From the IMG/VR virus record IMGVR_UViG_3300045988_043402: DNA of 11,654 nucleotides; one strand, written 5' to 3'. Source of the stretch: a virus. Below, one piece after another: positions 6,469 through 11,654 of this stretch (position 1 is the first letter of the stretch; each line of letters begins with the position of its first letter). The notes below the pieces were generated by a model that was not told the DNA's origin, made no database searches, and saw only the letters and a program-made list of their open reading frames with translations. A program made the translations under genes and the position numbers.

Positions 6469-6500
6469 CAAAGATAGTATTATTTTCTGAAAACACCAAA
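6469..6500 (-). promoter_or_regulatory. Bacteroidota-type promoter for the structural operon
   Basis: The minus strand reads TTTG (6500..6497), then 20 nt, then TATCTTTG (6476..6469). The extended TATCTTTGCAAC is identical to the left ITR promoter. Confidence 0.7.
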
Positions 6501-6547
6501 TAAAACGGGGGAAAATGCTTCACATGAAACACTTTTTATCCCCGTTT
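6501..6547 (-). terminator. Terminator ending the replication/packaging operon
   Basis: The minus strand reads AAACGGGG ... CCCCGTTT (6547..6540 pairing with 6510..6503), with an internally pairing loop, followed by TATTTGG. It starts 9 nt after the ATPase stop. Confidence 0.6.
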
Positions 6548-6555
6548 AACAGATT

Positions 6556-7695
6556 TTAAGTAATAATGTTACTTCTAGCACTTGCCATTAAATAATTTCT
6601 TACAATTTCCCCAATTTCGTTATTTTGATAAAATACCTTATCGGTGGCGAAATACTTTGTTATCTGTGATTCCAGATAACTTGCAGTACTCAACAACTTG
6701 CGTTTATAATTCGGTTTGCCGTTCATTTGCAGCGAATAAATTAAACTGTTGTCTGTGTCTTTTATCGGGGTTGTTTTGTTATGGATATAAACAAAGTTGT
6801 TAACCCCTGTTTCTTCGTCTTCTACCTGTATAACGTTGCCCTGTAAGGTCATTTCATTAAACTGAATATAGAAGACAAATAACACATCATTCGGGCGATA
6901 TTTAACAGGCAAATGCGGATAAACTGCAAGTTCCCATTTACCGCCCGTAATCATCTGCAAATTTTGATTGTCGAAACAGAAATATTTGTTACTGGCTTTC
7001 TGTTTAACAATCGTGCTGCAATATTCTACTGCAACCGTTGCCCCGTGTTCACCGAATTTATAAATATCTATTGTTCCCTGTTCCATTACTCGCACTTGTT
7101 TCAATCCCATTTCGGTAAAATACGGGCAAAACTGATTTACCGTGTTACCCAACATAAAAACTTTAACATCATTTCTTTGTCGAATAATCGTGCTTAACAG
7201 GTTCATATATAACATAAATTCATCGGGCAAATAATAACGTCTTGTCAAGAATTCATCAAATACAATCGTGGTTATATTCGGGTAACTACTACTTTTTTCG
7301 TGTTCCTGTTCTGAAAGACAAAACCCGAAACAAAACGGCACGTTGTCGGGTACACGTTTTTTGGTTTCGGGGTCATAAGACGAAAGAAACCATTTACCCG
7401 ATATATAAAACACTTCGTTAAACTTGCCGTTTGTTAATTCTTGAATCAAACCGTTTGCAACGTGATTTGAAAATAAACTTTCGGCACGTTTGCCCCTTAA
7501 ATCTTCACGCCAACGTCTAATATACGCCATTTGTTTACCCGTCTTCAAATATTCTTTGATTCCATACAACAACGTGGCGTATGTTTTACCGTTGGAACGT
7601 TCACCGAATATTACGTTATAATCGGCATTCTTTGCCAAAATTCGTGAAAGACTGTAAAACTTTGGCGTTTCTACTTTTTCTTTCTTCTGTTTCAT
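6556..7695 (-). CDS. DNA encapsidation ATPase, phi29 gp16-like
   Basis: Walker A is FGERSNGKTYA and Walker B is YPNITTIVFDEF. These, together with KQMAYIRRW and LGNTVNQFCPYF, parallel, from memory, phi29 gp16 IGARGIGKSYA, YPNVSTIVFDEF, EQFIYVRRY and LSNAVSVVNPYF. Confidence 0.9.
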   Translation of the reverse strand: MKQKKEKVETPKFYSLSRILAKNADYNVIFGERSNGKTYATLLYGIKEYLKTGKQMAYIRRWREDLRGKRAESLFSNHVANGLIQELTNGKFNEVFYISGKWFLSSYDPETKKRVPDNVPFCFGFCLSEQEHEKSSSYPNITTIVFDEFLTRRYYLPDEFMLYMNLLSTIIRQRNDVKVFMLGNTVNQFCPYFTEMGLKQVRVMEQGTIDIYKFGEHGATVAVEYCSTIVKQKASNKYFCFDNQNLQMITGGKWELAVYPHLPVKYRPNDVLFVFYIQFNEMTLQGNVIQVEDEETGVNNFVYIHNKTTPIKDTDNSLIYSLQMNGKPNYKRKLLSTASYLESQITKYFATDKVFYQNNEIGEIVRNYLMASARSNIIT

Positions 7696-7696
7696 A

Positions 7697-9907
7697 TTAT
7701 TCTTTCTTTAATCTGATACCCATTAAATAATTTATATAAAGAACTGAAAGACTTAAAGTGTACCCTGTTGGTTCTAAGTGTACGCCCGTTTTCGTGTCGT
7801 AACTTGAAACCGTGCCTAAATAGTCTTTTATCGTTCCCGTCTGCTCGTAATCTACATACGTATGTATGTTTTTACCTGTTGCCGCTGGCGGTATATCTAA
7901 ATAGTTCGTGAAAGCGTCAAAGATTCCGTTTTCCCCGTATGTTTCCAACATATACGGGATAGCAGATTTTTTGTTAACGCCCGATACCGTCAAACTGAAA
8001 TCGTAACTTTTCCCGTCAACTGTTAGGGCGTTTTCTTCTTGTACCATATAACGTTTTGCGCCCAAAGTTTTAAAGCGTGTGTAGCGTCCCTCGTAATCCC
8101 AAACGCCCAAAGGTTTTGCTATTCCCTTAATTGTTACGGGTTCAACCTTTTCAAACGGTATTTTGTGGAATCTACAGGCTGCACGTAGTTTTTGTTGTGC
8201 TAAATCGTTGTACGCTTTGAAATATACTTTGTGTTCGTCACCATTCATTATTTTAACAGAATCGGTATCACTATAAATGTAATCGTCACCACATTCAGAA
8301 ATACCCGTGAATAAATTTCTTCGCGCGTAGGCGGTAACATAAATACCCCACGGGTAAAACAAGAAACGATTTTTACTATCGTTGTATTTGTTCAACATTT
8401 CCAACTGTTTTTCGCCTGTAAGGTGTTCCACGTCCCACGATTCACCATCACACAAAATTTCATCACGCAACGGGTTTGTAACACACATACCGTAACAGGA
8501 ATTAAGCATTTCTTTTGAATTTAAATATTCTACTTCTTTTCCTTTTACGCCTTTTAGTTTCGTTTTCATTTCGTACAAATGCAGAATCGAATTAATAAAT
8601 TCCGTTGGCAAATATTCTTTGCGATAACAAATCATTCGCCCGATTCTTATTTGTTCCCACGTGTAAAACTGTGAAAAAACCCTGTAATCTATTTCGGTAA
8701 TAGTCATACAAATTTTCTTTGCACAAACCAAACGCCCGTTATTTTCTGAAACGTTTTCTTTTACGAAACACTTACTAACAGAAATTGGGTTTTCGTTTTC
8801 TGATTTGGCGAAAATGTTAGTAATTTCAACGTCAAACACGCAACAGTATTTTGAAATCATAAATTCAAACTGTTTCATTGACTTAACAGGAACTACTACG
8901 CCCGTACTCATTGGGAACTTCTCGGATACCATAACATACGGGTAACTGCTAGTAAAATCGTACGAATCAACGTCCGTTATTACTTCGTCCGTGTACTTTG
9001 CATTTGCGTGCGTGAAACCTCCCGAAAACGCCCTTTGTAACATTTCAAATTCTTCAATACCCGTTATGTTTAAGTTATGAATTTTATCCAAATACTTAAA
9101 GTTTGGTACGGTTTTTCCTGTTTCGGGATCTGTTGTCTTGAAACATACAGAACGGCAATATTTGCGCACAAAACCCGTTTTTGTAATCGGTAAACGTGTT
9201 ATTCCTTTGTACTGCTCGATTAATTCCTGTATATAGCACATTACCACTTTTATATCATTCAAACAGTAACCAACTTCTTTCGGGGTCAACGGGGTTAAAC
9301 TGTGACGCAACAGGCTATAATCTAAATCACCCACTAACTTTGTACATTTGTATGTGTGAAGTTGTTCGCCCAATTTCGCCAACGAATAACCCGACAATAA
9401 ATAACTGCAACGGAACTCTAAACCGCTTTTTGTTATTCCGTAAATTGGCTTGCGTAGGTCTATTGAAAAAACCTTTTCCCATTTCAACAGTTCTCGAAAA
9501 AATTGGAACTCGTACGCCAAATTGTGAACGTATATAATAATACGTTTCTTTGGGCAAAGTTCTAACAGGGTGCAAATATCATCAAGCATTTTCAAAAATT
9601 CGTCCCACGTGCGCCCCATTATGCAGAAACCATTGATTCCAAATTGCCAAACATACATTAAAGAACACTTTTCCATTTTGGTTTCTTTTCCACCTAATTT
9701 TATATAACGTTCATAACTGTATGTTTCCCCGTTTACGTCCCTGTAAAAAGACGTTGTTTCAATATCGAAAGATACAGGCACGTTTAAGAACTTTTCGCCC
9801 TTATTATTGCCTGTAAAATTCTTTTCGTTCACCGCCAAAGAAAGAACTTTTGCAATATCTTTCGGGGTGTAAATTTCGTTATGTAGTTCAAAGGGAATCT
9901 TTTTCAT
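7697..9907 (-). CDS. Protein-primed family B DNA polymerase
   Basis: Exo I is FDIETTS, Exo II is HNLAYEFQF and Exo III is YCLNDIKV. Motif A is DFTSSYPYV, motif B is KEMLNSCYG and motif C is YSDTDS, and a KxY motif (GAKRY) is present. The genome has ITRs and encodes no primase or helicase. Confidence 0.95.
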   Translation of the reverse strand: MKKIPFELHNEIYTPKDIAKVLSLAVNEKNFTGNNKGEKFLNVPVSFDIETTSFYRDVNGETYSYERYIKLGGKETKMEKCSLMYVWQFGINGFCIMGRTWDEFLKMLDDICTLLELCPKKRIIIYVHNLAYEFQFFRELLKWEKVFSIDLRKPIYGITKSGLEFRCSYLLSGYSLAKLGEQLHTYKCTKLVGDLDYSLLRHSLTPLTPKEVGYCLNDIKVVMCYIQELIEQYKGITRLPITKTGFVRKYCRSVCFKTTDPETGKTVPNFKYLDKIHNLNITGIEEFEMLQRAFSGGFTHANAKYTDEVITDVDSYDFTSSYPYVMVSEKFPMSTGVVVPVKSMKQFEFMISKYCCVFDVEITNIFAKSENENPISVSKCFVKENVSENNGRLVCAKKICMTITEIDYRVFSQFYTWEQIRIGRMICYRKEYLPTEFINSILHLYEMKTKLKGVKGKEVEYLNSKEMLNSCYGMCVTNPLRDEILCDGESWDVEHLTGEKQLEMLNKYNDSKNRFLFYPWGIYVTAYARRNLFTGISECGDDYIYSDTDSVKIMNGDEHKVYFKAYNDLAQQKLRAACRFHKIPFEKVEPVTIKGIAKPLGVWDYEGRYTRFKTLGAKRYMVQEENALTVDGKSYDFSLTVSGVNKKSAIPYMLETYGENGIFDAFTNYLDIPPAATGKNIHTYVDYEQTGTIKDYLGTVSSYDTKTGVHLEPTGYTLSLSVLYINYLMGIRLKKE

Positions 9908-10578
9908 TATAAACCGAATTTTTCAAATTCTGATAGAATCTTTTTCAACGGTGCATCATCATTAAAATGGTCAACACCATTTACAAACGCTTCTGATGTT
10001 GGCGAACTTGAAATTTGTTCCATTGCGTCATCTAAGGCGTTTTCAATTTTAATTGCGTCATCTTCGATTTGGTCTGATACGTCCCGTGATTCCTGTTCAA
10101 GTTCACCCGTGAAATCTTTGTACTGCATCAAATAGTTTTCTAAGAAACGGGTATCTGAAACGCTTGCGATTTTACCTATCAATTTATCTTGCATCAATTT
10201 AAACTCTTTATCGTTCAAATCATAAGAGTTTTTTAAATGGTTTGCATATTCACGTGTACCACTTGCAGTTGATGTTGGTTGTTGCAAGAAAGAAACCGCT
10301 TTGGCGTACTCAATCTTTAAATCGTTCCAATCATGTTTCATTGAAAATTTTGTAAATCCTTTTATGTCACCTTTGTTTAATGCAACAACTGCGGGCGAAA
10401 TGATTCCCGAATTTTCAACGTTTTGAATGCGTCTGTTTGCCTGTTGAAACACACGGGCGATTTCTCTACGCAAATATCCACGTGATTCAATAGCGTTTAA
10501 AATTTGCATATCAACGTGTATTTTGCCCGTTGCTGCAAATGTCCTTTTAGAAAAACCTATAGGGTTCAATTTTGCCAT
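9907..10578 (-). CDS. Putative terminal protein, 223 aa
   Basis: Lies immediately upstream of the polymerase and overlaps it by 1 nt (TAATG), matching the phi29 gene 3 - gene 2 synteny. The N-terminal half is basic and the C-terminal half strongly acidic, as in the phi29 terminal protein priming domain. I recognise no sequence motif. Confidence 0.5.
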   Translation of the reverse strand: MAKLNPIGFSKRTFAATGKIHVDMQILNAIESRGYLRREIARVFQQANRRIQNVENSGIISPAVVALNKGDIKGFTKFSMKHDWNDLKIEYAKAVSFLQQPTSTASGTREYANHLKNSYDLNDKEFKLMQDKLIGKIASVSDTRFLENYLMQYKDFTGELEQESRDVSDQIEDDAIKIENALDDAMEQISSSPTSEAFVNGVDHFNDDAPLKKILSEFEKFGL

Positions 10579-10600
10579 AACTTTACTAATTTTAAATGAA

Positions 10601-10643
10601 ACAAAAACAGGGGTAACAATAACTAAGTACTGTTTACCCCTGT
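10601..10643 (-). terminator. Intrinsic terminator / attenuator between the small early genes and the terminal protein-polymerase genes
   Basis: A 10-bp perfect stem, ACAGGGGTAA 10607..10616 with TTACCCCTGT 10634..10643, is followed on the minus strand by TTTTGTTT. Confidence 0.65.
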
Positions 10644-10670
10644 AACGTTATCCACCTTTTACCTACAAAA

Positions 10671-11036
10671 CTACTTATCTACAAAGGTAATACCGTAACA
10701 CTTCTTGGCATGCGATTCATATTCATAAATCGTGTAACCAACTTTGTTCGCTTTGATAGCGTCTACAGCATCGGGATTCGCTAAAATTTCTCGCACCGTG
10801 TCACCTGTGAACTGTGGCAAATTAACAAGACGCTTATTTTCTGCGTCAATGATAACGGGTGAATCACCCAACTGTGATTTGTGAACGTACATACCATTAA
10901 TAGGGTGTACCACATCACCGCCACCGTCTTTATTATCGTTAAAAATGTCGGTCAACTTCACAAATGGAAAATCTGTAGTATCAATACCGAAACTAGTCTT
11001 ATTAAAAGTACTAGCAAAACTAAAACCTTTTGGCAT
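10671..11036 (-). CDS. Hypothetical early protein, 121 aa (SSB or DNA-binding protein candidate by synteny)
   Basis: Occupies the position and size class of phi29 p5/p6 upstream of the terminal protein. An attenuator follows it, implying higher expression than the polymerase. I recognise no motif. Confidence 0.6.
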   Translation of the reverse strand: MPKGFSFASTFNKTSFGIDTTDFPFVKLTDIFNDNKDGGGDVVHPINGMYVHKSQLGDSPVIIDAENKRLVNLPQFTGDTVREILANPDAVDAIKANKVGYTIYEYESHAKKCYGITFVDK

Positions 11037-11087
11037 AACTTTAAACTTTAAAACATTAAACTTTCTGTTACCTGTGAACGCCTGTTA

Positions 11088-11255
11088 TTACTTAACTTCA
11101 TTCATACCGTTTGCTGCTGCAAACTCATTCAACCACTTCTTAAAGCGGTTCAACTTAATAACCGCCTTATCGTCTTTTGCAACCTCGTTGCTAGTCATAA
11201 GGGCGTTAACACTTGTAATACAGTTAAAAACGGTCTCATTAAAATTTTCGTTCAT
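11088..11255 (-). CDS. Hypothetical early protein, 55 aa (absent from the supplied ORF track)
   Basis: Hand translation gives MNENFNETVFNCITSVNALMTSNEVAKDDKAVIKLNRFKKWLNEFAAANGMNEVK, with ATG at 11255 and TAA at 11090..11088. An in-frame stop lies 2 codons upstream. It is the first ORF after the right ITR promoter and is on the same strand as the whole arm. Confidence 0.5.
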   Translation of the reverse strand: MNENFNETVFNCITSVNALMTSNEVAKDDKAVIKLNRFKKWLNEFAAANGMNEVK

Positions 11256-11303
11256 AATTACCTAATTTAAATTGTTAAACTTATTTGTTTCTTAAACACG
11301 GTG

Positions 11304-11335
11304 CAAAGATACAACGATTTTGCGAAACCACCAAA
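11304..11335 (-). promoter_or_regulatory. Identical Bacteroidota-type promoter at the inner edge of the right ITR
   Basis: Reverse complement of 320..351. It points into the minus-strand replication operon. Confidence 0.7.
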
Positions 11336-11389
11336 TTATTTTAGTTAAAAAGTCTTAAAGAATAAAATTAACTGTTGTTAACACTTATT

Positions 11390-11471
11390 TGTTCCACGTG
11401 AAACATTTTTGTTCATTACCCTCATTTGTTCCACGTGAAACAATCACTTTGCCACCGTTCCACGTGAAACA
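11390..11471 (-). promoter_or_regulatory. Mirror set of the three operator-like palindromes in the right ITR
   Basis: TGTTCCACGTGAAACA copies within the right ITR are the reverse complement of 184..265. Confidence 0.6.
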
Positions 11472-11560
11472 TTTTTGTTAACAGGGCGATAGCAAAGTTT
11501 AAGAAAAATTAACTTTGTTACGATGTGTTAAAAGTGTTAAATAATCGTAATTGTGGCACA

Positions 11561-11576
11561 GGCAAAAAGCGTGCCA
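11561..11576 (-). promoter_or_regulatory. Mirror copy of the sigma54-like element in the right ITR
   Basis: GGCAAAAAGCGTGCCA is the reverse complement of 79..94. Confidence 0.3.
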
Positions 11577-11641
11577 AAGTGTGTTAACAACGGTTAAATA
11601 TGCGTTGGGAAATGTTAAATCTACGTGCCTTGTGTACCTTT

Positions 11642-11654
11642 AGATCGGAAGAGC
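11642..11654. other. Illumina adapter remnant, not biological
   Basis: Exact AGATCGGAAGAGC at the 3' end of the window. Confidence 0.95.

Larger units (their letters stand above)
11302..11641. repeat. Right inverted terminal repeat, 340 bp
   Basis: Perfect reverse complement of 14..353. Confidence 0.95.

Noticed and set aside
1079-9575. Other short ORFs from the track: 1079..1321(-), 2491..2793(+), 3628..3828(+), 4249..4449(-), 4691..4873(+), 4788..4979(+), 6582..6803(+), 6913..7197(+), 9196..9537(+), 9327..9575(-)
   Set aside because: All are fully nested in, antisense to, or out of frame with long ORFs that carry clear family motifs. Their compositions are atypical (C/F/R-rich). I treat them as shadow ORFs.
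67-11216. Apparent over-representation of the HpaI palindrome GTTAAC (roughly 19 copies by eye, three per ITR)
   Set aside because: GTT-AAC (Val-Asn) and TTA-AC fit the favoured codons and the Asn/Val/Thr-rich proteins on either strand. Without a codon-shuffled null I cannot separate this from composition.
10945-11265. 106-aa plus-strand ORF at the right end
   Set aside because: It overlaps the 121-aa and 55-aa minus-strand ORFs, runs towards the ITR promoter that fires in the opposite direction, and has no promoter of its own.
14-11641. Alternative identity as a transposon, casposon, polinton-like element or linear plasmid (ITRs plus protein-primed PolB)
   Set aside because: The presence of a portal, an HK97-type capsid protein, a gp16-type packaging ATPase, tail proteins and an endolysin identifies a tailed virus. 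No integrase or transposase is present.

Overview
This window appears to be a complete linear dsDNA phage genome rather than a chromosomal fragment. The biological sequence is 14..11641 (11,628 bp). It is flanked by 13-nt Illumina adapter remnants and carries perfect 340-bp inverted terminal repeats (ITRs). The gene content is phi29-like. It includes a protein-primed family B DNA polymerase, with a probable terminal protein gene immediately upstream and translationally coupled. It also includes a gp16-type encapsidation ATPase, a gp10-type portal, a gp8-type major capsid protein, a very small tail module and an M15 zinc peptidase endolysin. Eleven genes lie on the minus strand in two units: a replication/packaging unit read from the right ITR, and a structural unit read from a central promoter. 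Three genes lie on the plus strand and are read from the left ITR. The two arms converge on a bidirectional terminator at about 1358..1389. The expression signals are Bacteroidota-type, not Firmicutes-type. Three promoters match TTTG-N20-TAnnTTTG, and no start codon has a Shine-Dalgarno sequence. I read this as a very small phi29-like podophage of a Bacteroidota host. Several sequence-level signals remain unexplained: palindromic CACGTG-cored operator-like repeats in the ITRs, a sigma54-like element in the ITRs, a strand-oriented 9-mer (CCTGTAAGG) present six times, and a structured untranslated leader at the left end. All homology statements rest on motif recognition from memory, not database searches.
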